A DNA stretch of 35,082 nt, taken from contig JALJEE010001198.1 of NCBI GenBank assembly GCA_023231475.1, positions 1 to 35,082 on the forward strand, read 5' to 3'. The notes beneath the pieces are model-generated. The model was not told where the DNA came from and did no database searches. It saw nothing but the letters and a program-made list of their open reading frames with translations. This document shows positions 1-13,000 of the stretch, piece by piece. The position numbers and the translations under genes were made by a program. Every line of letters starts with the position of its first letter. Position 1 is the first letter of the stretch. This DNA comes from Seison nebaliae (taxonomy: Eukaryota).

Positions 1-303
1 TTCTTCGCACCAATCATAGTCAATGAACTGGGAGTGAGTTGACGAAATGAATTGAAGAAGACGGTTGGAAGCTGGTGATGAAATTCTTATGTCGCAATTA
101 AAATCGCCACCGATAATGAATTCGCGACTACCGTTCGAATAAATATACGATTCAATGGTTGAAAGGGTAGAGCAAAAATCAACAAAATCATTCGGACGAA
201 GATAGACGTTGAAACAGAGAATGCCACGAACAGAGAAACAAAGAACTTCGTTCGAGAGTTGGTCGAAAGAAGTTGGATGGAGACTATTGGAAATCAAAGC
301 GCA
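1..303 (-). mobile_element. Non-LTR retrotransposon (LINE) APE-type endonuclease fragment, 5'-truncated, running off the left edge
   Basis: Manual minus-strand translation from 300 is stop-free: ALISNSLHPT...LCFNVYLRPND...EFIIGGDFNCD...QFIDYDWCEE. NVY-P and IIGGDFN are hallmark APE/LINE endonuclease motifs. Not in the ORF track. Confidence 0.85.
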
Positions 304-305
304 AG

Positions 306-442
306 TTATGGATAATAAGAAACGTTTTTTAAGTTTTTCGCTAATTTTTGACTAAAAATGCTAAAAATACTACTAAAGTAATACTTTTTAGTCAAAAATT
401 AGCGAAAAATTTAAAAAATGTTTCTTATACTTTTATCCATAA
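306..442. repeat. Long inverted repeat (hairpin / MITE-like element)
   Basis: 315-358 is the reverse complement of 385-428 at 42/44 positions, with a 26-nt spacer. The outer ends TTATGGATA (306-314) and TATCCATAA (434-442) also pair. Confidence 0.85.
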
Positions 443-616
443 AATAAAGAATATTGACGCTATTGACATGAAATTTTGAAGTGAAGAAAACAAGTTGATT
501 GGTTCCATTAAAATAATAAGAGGAGAAATTTCCGATTATTTTCCCAAACCACTTGTTGGTTGGGAAAGAAGGTATGAATTTTATTTAAAACAAAACTTCT
601 GAAACAGTTTTATACG

Positions 617-1220
617 TTACTCGTTTTCTTCTTTTGTTCCAACTAAATAATTTTCATATTCTTTCTTCGTCAAGAAATTTAATTTATCTAAATCTTTACT
701 TTCGATTTCCACTATCCAACCTTCCTCCTCAGCAGACTTATTGATTAACGATGGATTATCTTCCAGTTGTTCATTGACAGCGGTGATTATACCGCCAACT
801 GGTGATAAAAGATCTTCCGCTGCTTTCACACTCTCGATGACTGAAATTGGAGCTGAGAGAAAGAATTGAAGTGAAGGAAAGAATTATAATGAACTTCCTT
901 CATCGATTTTCTCTGTCGCCTTGATCAACAATTCAGTGTAAACGATATCGCCCAATCCTCTCTTGGTGAGAGCGAATAAATGTGAGTGAGAGGGAAGAGA
1001 AGAGAAACTTGTGCATGATGAGTGAGACCGATGCGATAATGACCAGGCGCATCCATTTCTTTTAGCCATTCGTGACTCTTCGTATACATGACGTCTGACC
1101 ATCTGGAGATAAGAACGAGGAAATGAAATTGAAAAAACTTTGTTTGACATGGAAAGTGGATAGGAAGCAATGGATGTTCGGTTGACGAGCACCAGACCTT
1201 AATAATAAACGACTGAACAT
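617..1220 (-). CDS. GCSH: Glycine cleavage system H protein, mitochondrial (156 aa, 4 exons)
   Basis: ATG 1220. Introns 1138-1095 (GTTTTT..CAG), 1008-962 (GTTTCT..AAG), 894-853 (GTTCAT..CAG). Spliced protein: MFSRLLLRSGAR presequence, YTKSHEW, IGLTHHAQRGLGDIVY, lipoyl motif IESVKAAEDLLSPVGG, NKSAEEEGWI. Spliced length 471 nt, in frame. Confidence 0.95.
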
Positions 1221-3222
1221 TCCTCTTCGATGAGTTGATGGAGAAGATATTTATAATTCTTTGTTTTTCGAAAACGTTAAAAGAGCCAAATAATTGATAG
1301 AGAGAGTAGACAAATGAGATGGAATAATATTAATGGAATAAATGTCGAACGAATTGTTTTCCGTCAACTGTTGATTTAATGGATGGATGGAGGGATTTGA
1401 TTGATTGAATTGATTAATCAAATCCATTCGACATATCAGCTCCCAATATCATTGACGGATGAATTGGTTGGAAATGGAGAGAATTCTTATTTTCTTCCTG
1501 CTAGTTCGCTTTATGACGAGTTGAAAAAAACTTACAAATTCGAATGAATTCATTAAACTCATTCCGTAACTTTTATCCTGAGTGATAGTGGAAGGGATGA
1601 TGATTACAATAACTTTCTTTTTATCTTTCCAATCTTTCTTCCACTCACTTATTCGCATTGTTCGATTGCTCGATTGTATAACCTAACATTTACTTGAACT
1701 TACTGAATTCTTTACAGTTTTTTTTTCTTGTGACAAACTGAAAAGAAATCTGTGTACAATTCGTAGGATAGGAGCTTTAGTGATTCCTTTGAGGATATAA
1801 GACGAGAAATTATTTAAGTTTGTTAGTTAGCAAGTCACTTGAGAATGTTATTGAGAAGAGTCATTCTAAATTGATATTAATTTGTGTAGAATTCTGATGA
1901 TGGAAGAAGTAGAGTTAATTCGGGTAGTCATCTATTGTAGTTGTTTTAATGGATAATTCTCATGAATCGCATTAAAAGTTGTTTGAGATAGACGGGTAGT
2001 ATTCGAAGAGATGGGATGGGAGCACTATAACTGGTGGGAGTATAAGAGATAAAATTAAGTTTGATGATAAACTTCATCTAGCGTTAAACATGGAAGAGGT
2101 ACATCAAATTACTTAATGATTTCGGTCGTCGAAGGTTAAAAGTTTTCATTAGTATAACGAAAGGACAAGTGGTTGAGCTGGAAGGAGGAATTAATGAAAA
2201 TAAGAATATTATATGTCTCCACAAGAAGAAAGGAAGGAATTGGATGGAGGAAAGGTGAATAAGTAATGTTGTGGGGAAGAATTTGATAGCCGAAATCGAA
2301 GATGGATAATCAGTTAAATCATATTACATCGTGTAAGCATGATAATTAAATTTTGGTAGTGATGACTAAGGAAATTGGAGGGGACATTATTCATATCCTA
2401 TTTCATGTCATCATGCAAGAAGATAGAGGAGAATTTTATTAATATCTCCCTCCCCCCATCGTCATGGCGACGACGACAGCCAGAGCGATTTTAATGATAA
2501 TTTCGGATAATAATGTCGATGTTAATAATGATGATGTTGTTATTCTAATTCTGATTGATTCTTAAGGATGTTTTCATATTTTATGTTTCTTCCTCTATTT
2601 CGATCTCGTCGCGAATGGCAGTCGGGTAATTTAAGTTGTGATCGTCTATTCTCTATTCAACAATTCGGTGAGATCAATTGTTGGAATTTGGTATTGAAAT
2701 CTGATTCTTTATCAATTTCCATGTCCTCTCAATTCTTCACCATAGTGAGATGACAGGAAAGAACGAGTTGGCTCGTCGTAGTACCTGATGGGATGAATAG
2801 GAAGGAGATGGATAAATAGATATATGGATAGATAGATAGAAAGATAGATAGATAAATGTTTCAATTTGTCTAATGATAGTTAAGTACCTTTCATATTCAT
2901 TTTGAGCCCAATCTACTCATTCTCCTACTTCGTCTCGATAGTCATATATTGGTTTATCTTCCTCCTGCGAAGAATGAAACGATATGAAATGAAACATAAT
3001 GCAATGTTATGCATACTATTATGTACATCCATTAGATTAGAGAAGAGAATTAGAGATTATTTAAAATAATCATTCCATTATATTCCATTTTATTCTTAGC
3101 TATTTCATTTCATTCCCTTCTATTCTTTTTCATTTCATTCGATTCATGAATGGTTCTTCTCATTACTTAATTCGAGTTCAAGTTAATCATCTTCGTTCTA
3201 CTTATTTCATCTATACCTAAAT

Positions 3223-3248
3223 CACCACCACCACCACCACCACCACCA
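3223..3248. repeat. (CAC)n microsatellite
   Basis: Direct run caccaccaccaccaccaccaccacca. Confidence 0.9.
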
Positions 3249-4511
3249 TTACCGCCATCATCATCATCGACATAACAAATAAAAGTTCCATTATCTCATT
3301 ATACAATGGAGATATAGTGATACTGATGATGATGTTTCTTCTTTAATTCTCGCCCTACATCTTCATCCTCTTCTGTTCTCTTTCGTTTATTGATGATCAG
3401 AGAAAAGGCTTTTTGCCTGCCAACCTGCAATAACCAAAATCACTAATGTGCTAATTCTTTGTTGACAGAGGGAAGAGGAGAGAGCAAATGACATTCTATC
3501 ATCTAACTTTCCTATGATTTACCAATTCCATCCAATCCTCTACTACATCGTCATCTCCATCACCTTTATCGTTCGACAGGAGAATGAATTGCAAATAATT
3601 TAGTTAATCAGTCGATGTTCCCCATATTTTCTTCGCCTTGCAAATGCACCGTCAATGTAACATTATCCAATATATGCTTCCACACGACAATGTGAGATAT
3701 ATTTGAAGAATGGAGAGAAAGAGAGCGAAAGAGAGAGAGAGAGAAAGAAAGATATATACTCCTCCTCTTATATGCCAAAAGAAACGGAACAATTATGTTA
3801 GATTTGGTGTCATAATTCTCTTTCACACAATGAAGATGAAAGGATAAGATAAAACTTCGACAACTTTTTCATTTACAATCTTCTTAATGATGATATCTTA
3901 TCAATTCTTATCGAAACTATAATTCCTTTTAATCTCCATCCTATCTTCTTGCTGCGAATGTTAATGATTGATTTGATGATCGCTTCTAGTTCAATTTTAC
4001 CTTTTCTTCAGACAACATGAATTTCAAGGAAAAACGAACAAATATAAGAGAAACTGTTCGGAATGCTTCCATATGACAATCGGTCAATTGAAGAAAGTTA
4101 ATTGAACAAAAGTGAATTCTGTCAATTCACCATACACTTCCATGAGAACTAGCAAATTCGTTAAATAATTGTTTTTCGAATGAGTCATCTAACAAATAAT
4201 TTAATTGAAGGGAATGAGGAAAAATGAATAAATTTTGAAAAGTGTTCCGGTCTTTCTTCATATTTTTTTGCGCAAATTATCGTTGACAACATCATCCTTA
4301 CCTTCAAATATTTTTGTCGCTATTCTTCTAGGAATATGACTGATATTTAACATATCTAACAAATCATTTCATAAAAAAATATGCAACTATTTCTTTTCGT
4401 TTCTTTTATGCAATGTCCTCTCCAACATAACCTAGATTCTTGCAATTATACCTAGACACTTATTTACCGTATATCATACGTGCATGCACACACATATTTT
4501 ATGAGTGTGTA

Positions 4512-4527
4512 TGTGTGTGTGTGTGTG
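4512..4527. repeat. (TG)8 microsatellite
   Basis: Direct dinucleotide run. Confidence 0.9.
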
Positions 4528-6304
4528 CGTCAGTGTGTAGAATGTGGATATTCTGGGTGCATTATGTGTGTCCATAGGAATTGGTAAGTGTTTGAGTAAA
4601 GGAACGAATCGTTGGAATATTCCATCAGAAATTGAATATATTCTTTTTGGCCTGTTTATACATTCTTGTTGAGTAGCTTCTCGTTCATGAGAGAATTATG
4701 TGATTTGCAAAATTCTTTCGGTTAATATCGAAATGCAACGGAATAGGGGAATGATGGTGACGATGATGATGATGATGACAACGATTAATAATGTAATTTC
4801 ATATAAATTGTTAACTAAAACAAAATTGTGAGGACTTTCCTTCAACTATTCATTTTGTCTGCACCAGAACAATGCTTCGTCGTCCGATTCATATGAAGAT
4901 CGGTTGGGAAAAGAGATGTCGTTTGTGTGTCAGCTCTCTCCACTAAAAGAGAAGTAATAAGTACAGGAGTAGCAGCAGTTGTAGTACATGGGAGCAATAT
5001 CATTTGTTCTTCACTGCTCACATATTTGGAGACATATGCACACATATATCAACAAAGGAAATGAGAGGAGATTCGTGCTTATGTTCAATGAGAATACTGG
5101 GGAGGAAAAACAAGGGCAATAATAATAATAATTAAGCATCTGTATATTCTGGTTTGTGTGATGGTGGATGTATGGTGAGAAGAATGGAAAGGAGAGATAT
5201 AGAATAAATATAATTTTCAATCATTCACTTATTCTTTTCCATTTATTTCTGTCAATTGTCAATTTTGCCGTCTGCTCCCTCACTATTATAATGTGTAGTT
5301 GGAATGGGCAGACACAACGGTAAATTGTGGCAATACAATTTATTTATCGGTCTAGGTGTTCTTTCTATTTATCCATTATATATTTATAGCTTATGAAATT
5401 CATTAAACATTTCTTTGCAGTTGTAATTAGTTTTAGTGGAAAATCATTTCGGATTAATTTAAACGAATATTAGTCAGAAACTAATTAACTGATTTTATGT
5501 TCGCGTTATACGATAATATATGATTACGCGTTTTGTTCTAAATAGACGACGTGAGATTATTGATTGAGAAATTGTCGATGACGATGTGGGTCTGGGGGTG
5601 GAGAAGATAGTTCTAATTGGTTTCCATTTCTCTAGCGTGCTAGATAACAGATCGTGAGCAAAATTGTTTTTTGTAGGAGTTCGTGGATGCCTGTGATGTA
5701 GGTGAGTGGATGAGAGACAGAAGAAATAGATCGGTATTATCGGAAAGATAAGATATGTTGGTGGGCAGTTAATAATCAGGAGGATGATGATGAAGCGTAA
5801 CTGATGAGACAACATCAATTAGTCGAAGAAATGTTATCATGTCGGTGAAATTGGGGAATCGGTGCGTATTGAGAAACGATGTGCCATACTCATTTATCAT
5901 TCTTAATCGACAATTACTCGAAACGAAGAAATGTTGATGATGACGATGATGGTAGGAATTGTTATCTCATCATTAAATGTTTATCATCTTGTCCAATTAC
6001 TCTACAAGAACAAGAACAAGAGAAAAAGCAAATAGGAGAAGAAAATTATGAACATCATCTTCTTATTCATCTGTCATCTGTGAAATATCATTTACCGGAA
6101 TCACTTCATTCTTCTCTCCATCGAAATAATTTAATTAATTTACATTTCAACCAACCCATTTTCAGAACTACCATCAACGCCAATATCAAGACGATTGTTG
6201 TTATTTTCACCCCAACATTTAGGGATTTACAAATTAAATATTATATATTTTATTTTTTATCTATCAATCTTCTTCTCGTCTGTTTTGTTGTTCTTGTTAA
6301 TATT

Positions 6305-6765
6305 ATGCAGTATCCATCTACCTATGACCAACAGCAACAACAACAGCAACAACCTCAGCAACCTCAACAACAACAACAACAGCAGAAAGGACAAATGCCC
6401 AATCAAATGATGTATCAATCTAACACGAATATGTTACCGAACAAAATGGGCATGCAACAACAACAACAACAGCCTATGACGAATAATATGAATTATTCGT
6501 TAATTAATCAACAACAACAACAGCAGCAACCACATCAAACACCGTTAGCATCACAACAAAAGAATCATTCATCAAACTTTTCACCACAACTCAATCAGAT
6601 GAATTCAAATATGACATCTCATCAACCACAACAGATGCAACATCAACAATTCGATAATTTACAAGGAAATATGATGATCAATGGAATGACCTCCAATTAT
6701 TCAAACGATTTTCAACAACAACAACAACATCCACAAAATCAACAACATCCACAACATCAACATCC

Positions 6766-6833
<68 letters not shown>

Positions 6834-9550
6834 ATCCACAGAAACTTCAAATGAATCAACATAAAATTATGAATAATCAAATGAATAATCAATTATCGGT
6901 TGATATGGGTAATATGAATCTACAACCTGATCTAAATCAGCAGCATTTATACAATTCAACCACATTATCATCCACCACCGCAAATGCCATGTTGCAATCG
7001 CCGGGTGGTGTCGGTGGTCTGAACCCGTCTATGGGTTCTGTATCCAATACTGTTTCATCGAAAACTATATCTGTGCCATTATATCGTTATTATCGATCTG
7101 ATGATCGTACGAAAACGGAAGTGTTAACATTCATCATGCCGTCTACTATTGCTATTCCCACAGACAACATCCGAACGATAACGGAAGATTTCATTGCTGG
7201 TTATCAGCGCTGGTCCATCACTCTCTACCGAAATGGTAATACGATAGACGCAACACTTACATTAAAGTCGTTGACTGAAGGAATGAAAGTACAAACCGAT
7301 TTCACATTGTTACTCATCCATAAAGAGCACGGTTTCCAAAATCCTGAACATAACGAAAAAGATTTCACCTTTTCTGTTCTTCAGCCCTATTATTCGAAGA
7401 AAGGACTTGTCATGTGCGATGCCTTACTCTCTCAAGATTTCCTTGACGAACAAGGTGATTTCCTTTGTCAAATTCACTTCAACAATGCTGAGACTATATT
7501 CGAGACATATGATAACGTGTTGCAAGTGTATTCGTTAGATCGCAGCGTTCCCATCGACAAGAAAATTGAATTTATGCCTTTCTATTTTGCCGGTTACAAA
7601 TGGCGCTTAATTCTTTATCCTCGTCTAGACCAAGTCGGTCACGTCAACTATTTGAAATTAGTTTTATGTAAGATATCCGCTCCCGATCTAGCGTGTCATG
7701 TCGTCTTTAAATATGAGTTGAAATCGAAACATTTCGAATACGAATCTCCAATGTTCACTCGGACAACCGATTCTCGTGGTTATACGGAAGCGTTCCGTTT
7801 TGATAAAGTTCGCGAGTTGGTCTGTTCAAATCATACGGGAACATTCGATCTTTATGTGAGTTTGAGAACAGCCATAACAGTAACAACTTGTCGATTATAT
7901 CCACGTCCAGCCGATGTTCCTATGAATGCCGATAGTCAACAACATGATCGTCGAACGGATCCTGTAAAATTTTACGATCGTCTACAATGTTGTTGGTCAT
8001 TGGGCGCATACGTAGATGAGTCGGGTCATCTTTGTTTAGGTCTGTATAATATGGATGTGGGTTCGATGACACCTGGTCGTACTAGAATGGTCTGCTTTAA
8101 TATGGCTTTGCGTAGTCCGAGTGGAAAAGCGGCAATTAATGCACATCCTTCCTCAGCATCCGGCTCTACTACTTCTACGTCAACGACTACCACCGCTGCC
8201 ATAACGAACATGATGGGAATAACGACGACATCCTCCTCCTCCTCTTCAAATTCCACTTCATTATTTCAAACGAAATCTCCGGGTGAGTCAATTCATTCAT
8301 TGAACGGACAATTGACATCGAATTCAATGATCAATTCTAATCGTTCCAATTGCATTCAACCACCAGCCGCCTTCGCAGCTTTTCCTGTTTATCACGTATT
8401 CAAGACACCGCTCGTTCGAACTTATGTAAATAAATTGGCTGGTGACGAAGGACTTTATATCAATTGTGGATTGAATTCGGATGATTTAACATCTGGTTCC
8501 GAATACATCGATAGTGACGGATCAATAGTAGTGGATTTCGAATGGTATTACGGATACACTCTCCGACAGATGTTATGGCAACCGATCGAAAACATTTTCA
8601 TAAAACATTGGATTCAATTAAGACGTGAATATCAAGTAGCATTGAAAGAATTAAATCGATTAGAACGTGAGAATTGGCGTCATGGACCTGAAGCACAAAT
8701 CATTCAACAACAGAATGATGCCATTTCCAAATTGACACCTCAACAACAACAACAACAATTATTGAAAGGTGCTACTCTGACGAGTACGGGAGCAACATCG
8801 TTAGGAGCATTGGCTAAAACTACAACATTTACATCATCATCTATCACTACAACGACGTCGTTAGCAACATCGTTAATGATGACATCTATATCATCATCGT
8901 CGATTAATATGATTCCCAATACGATAAATACGTCAAATACATTGTTGGGTAAGACGACATTAAGTAGTGGAATGAAATCGCCATCTAATAAAATGTTGCT
9001 GTCATCGACGGCTAATACATTCTCGCCACCTGGAACATCACCAGGAATTATGGGAGGAATGAGTTCGATTGGAAATAATGGAATGAACATCAATCCACAA
9101 ATGCAACCAATGAATAATATGAATATGATGAATAATCCTAATACTAACATGCCACCTAATAATCAATTCCCATCACAAATGATGCCAATGGGAATGTCTA
9201 TGCAATCACAATCAGATCCATTCAATCAACGTCTACCAAATCAACTTAATCTCCAACAACAGCAACAGCAACAGCAACATCAACAACAACAATTCATGCA
9301 GCAGTCACAACAACAACCAATGACAACTACTCAATCAAGTTTTACAGCTGGTTTAACAGGATTATTAAGTGGATTTGGTGGTGGTAACAATCCACCAGGT
9401 CAACCACCAGCCAATCGTCCTGGTCTCCCCAATCAACCGAATCAACAAATGGGTATTGGTAGTTCGTTATTCTCCGCTAAAGGTCAAGCAGCCGAAGCCG
9501 CTTCCAGTCTTACATCTGCCCTCAGTAGCAAACTGTCCAGTTTCTTTTAA
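6305..9550 (+). CDS. Intronless protein: Q/N/M-rich N- and C-terminal regions around tandem MATH/TRAF-like domains and a short coiled coil
   Basis: One long ORF (open from 5879; likely start MQYPSTY at 6305). The central region has three MATH-like openings: FIAGYQRWSITLY, FYFAGYKWRLILYP...YLKLVL and FYDRLQCCWSLGAY...LCLGL. These are followed by helical LRREYQVALKELNRLEREN. The domain call is by motif resemblance only. Confidence 0.8.
6767..6832 (+). repeat. Pure (CAA)22 coding polyglutamine tract
   Basis: Uninterrupted CAA run encoding Q22 in the 6305-9550 CDS. Confidence 0.95.
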
Positions 9551-10018
9551 AATCGCCGTCACTCGATGGTATTTGGTGAACGAGCAAATCGATATTCAAT
9601 TTTATTTGACATTTTCTCTCCATCTTCTTTTCTCTCCGAACTCTTTTGTCATCAATCTTATTATCTATTCGATTTTTTTTTCAATTTATTTATCACTTTA
9701 ATTAATCTTTTTATTAACAAATATATATTCAGTTTTTACTATTCGAAATAAATTGTTCCATATCAGCCATCGTCAAACGTGAGAATGCATTATTGAAATT
9801 CTTTTGTTCCTCCGGAAATAAGTGAATTTCCTTTCCTTTCATTGTCGTTAAGTTTTCCCATCCTCCACAACAACTTTGTTCTTAATTATTCCGTTTCTAG
9901 GCACTTCGACTCCATTTCTCTAACTGCGCATTCCTACATTTCTTCCATAATCAATTACATAGTTTAATCTACCATTCCTTTAAAAAAAACTACGTCATTA
10001 TTTTACTTCAATCGAAAA

Positions 10019-13000
10019 ATGTTTTATTCGAAAATACGGGAAAATATGACGGCTATTCTCCAGAAGAAAGTGGAGAATTCAACACCAGATCAGGTTCCTG
10101 ATGACGAGAGAAAGTTTTTACTTTACTTCTTCACAACTTCTCACCACGACACCTTCTAAGTGAAGTAGACGACATTCTCAAAACGTCGAATTCCAATACC
10201 ATCTTCAAAGTTTTGTTGCGTGAAATGGCCAAAACGGGCCAACAAGATAAACAGGAAGGAACGTTGATGAGTATCCTGAAACATTCGGCAACAGATCGCC
10301 CATCGACAGAAGTGAATGCTCGCCAAAATAAAATTTCCACTGTCAAATATCGAGAGTTAGTAGTAGTGAGAAAGAATTCTTTATTTTTCCTTGTTGCTAT
10401 GGAAACGGTTAAGAAAGCGTAAATACAAATTAAAACTTTGAACAAGTTGAGGAAGGAAAGAAAATAAAAGAACTTATTAAACTGATTTCATCATATTTCT
10501 TAATCATTCTAGAATTCTCATGAAGAAATATGGAAAAGATGAGTTGGCACTCTGGCCCGAATGGACAGATAATGACATTCTCAATGAAAAATGGGAATTA
10601 TCAACCAATGGTTCCGGTACCATTCAATCGAACTATAACGTTCATGGAAACAGAGAACCGATTCTTTCAATCAGTCAATCCCATCAACAAAAATCTGGTA
10701 AGGAAACTTCCCTTGCCAAAAATAGTAGTGCTGTCAATAATAAACAAGTTCTCATTTTCCTTCCAAAATTTTCTTCTAAAAATTTCCCAATTCTAATTAT
10801 TTTCTCAATCTTCTCTTCCATCTGTCTTTCTTAAAATTATTTATATATCTAGATGGAAACGATAAATTCTGACAATCTATTCAACGATAAACGTACAAAT
10901 TTCAAAAGTTTTATCGATCGCCTTATTCCACTCCAACAATATCCGTGTTATGAAGATGTCGAAGGAATTTTATTTCTTCCAGATAATTTGGATGTATATT
11001 GTTGGATAAGAATCCAACCATTCTTATCTCAATATAATAAAGTTGTGATTTAATTCAATTTGTAAACGTCTAAAAATAGTTTTGTTTAGAGTCGAACAAT
11101 TGTCACATCGGTTGTGGAGACACAAGGTAATTATGAATGTATAAATGACGTTGACATCGACGAGAAGATTGATGAGAATTCTTTAGAGAAAACTTTCTTG
11201 AACGTACCGAAGACAAATGAGATAAAATTTGAAGAATTATTACCAATTCAATTGGGTTTGGATCGTACTGAACCTGATGTGTTTTCGAACGATTATGATG
11301 GAATTCAAATAAGTATTTCCAATAAAGATAATGAGGATGAAGGGAAAACTGGAAGTGCACCGGAAGATAATGAAATAAAAGATACGAATTCAGACACTTC
11401 CAATAACGATAAGGAATTGGAAGAATTGATTCGACAAAATAAAAATTTAATATTTGGCGAATCGGTTTATCGAGCGATATATGACTCATTTTTCCATCTC
11501 TTCCAAATGAATAAGAAAATGGAAAAGATTAATTATGAGAAGAGAATTTATTATAAAATTTTAAGTTTGGTCTCCATTGACACGACATCGCCATTGTTAG
11601 AGAATAATCTTCAAGCAAATCCAACGAACAATAATGCGAAGAATGAGAAGAATAAATCTCAGAGTCGTTTGTCAAAGAAGAAAGGTTTCCATTAATTTTC
11701 ATTTCATTACTCCTATAATAAATCTCTGCAGAAATTCGAAATTCGATCGATACATCAAACAAAAGTACAGTGTCCACTACTAGTGGGAAGGACAAGAAAA
11801 AAGATAAATCGGAAACGCAGGAACTGCAACCGAAGAAAGTGGATAATATTCAACAAAAATCAGAGAAGAAATCAATTAATATTTATCGATATCGATGGTT
11901 ACCTCATGACAACATTTTTACACCGTTGTCAATGACTAATGTTCCCACCAATACTCAGAATAATCAACAATCAAATCCATCGAACGAGAAAAAGGCACCA
12001 ACTACAGCAGCAACTACAGGCACCGGACCGACAACAGCAGCCACAACTCAAAAATCGGTCACCGGTGAAAAATCGAAATTGAAAACAGAAGAGAATTTAG
12101 AACGTTCCCAAACTGCCACAACATCTAAAGAAGAGATAGTCCGATATATTTATCCGCCGATTGTTTATACGGAGAATGTCAATCCGAATTCTCCGGTAAT
12201 TGTCAATAATCGTCATCAAATTAATATGCCGAGTACATCAGGTAAATATATTGTCAAATTATATTTTATGGGGAAATGGAGGAAAGTTTATGTGGATGAT
12301 TATATGCCAATTAATCAATCAGCGAAACATTTACTTCCCATCATTATAGGGAGGAATGAAGAGGAGACGAATAAATTATGGTCATTTCTTTTGACTAAAG
12401 CATTACTGAAAGTACTCGCATTAATCTATTCGAATGTCGATTGGTCTCATCTTCCTTACAACACCTTACATTTGACAATCATTTATTTATTAACATCATA
12501 CGAACCGGAATTGATGAATTTACAGAAGAAACAAAATTTCTTGTCAATTTTGAATCAGTTCATACCATTCTCTGATCAATATGATGATAATGAGAACGAT
12601 ATAAAGAAACCATCACCCATCATCGCTTATCATCAAGGAGAAATCCCAATGAATCTTTCGAAAAGTTGTCGTCGATCAGAAATTTTGAGATCGAAAGGAT
12701 TAAATCATCGTTTGTGTCAAACAGTTTCCGTCAATAGATATCGAAAAATATCGAAAGAGAATCGAGAACAATCTCACAATCCTCTAAAATTATCGACACC
12801 CAATTGGAAAAAGTTTCGTTTTGGCATCAAGAAATATATAATACCATTCGATGATATTATTGAGAATGATTCGGAGAATAATTTCGAAATTGAAATATCT
12901 TCTTTATTTGGCATGGAGGAAATGTTGAGTGTTGATATTGGAAAGAAGGTCGATGGAATTGCATTTCCAATGAAAAAAATTGAATTTCAAGAAAAAAATT

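Noticed and set aside
1260..5870. Short ORFs in the long intergenic region
   Set aside because: Low-complexity translations with no motifs. In the parts I translated I could not build a spliced model.
6701..9150. Antisense ORFs (poly-Leu, poly-Val, poly-Cys)
   Set aside because: Mirror images of the CAA/ACA/TCA repeats of the plus-strand gene.
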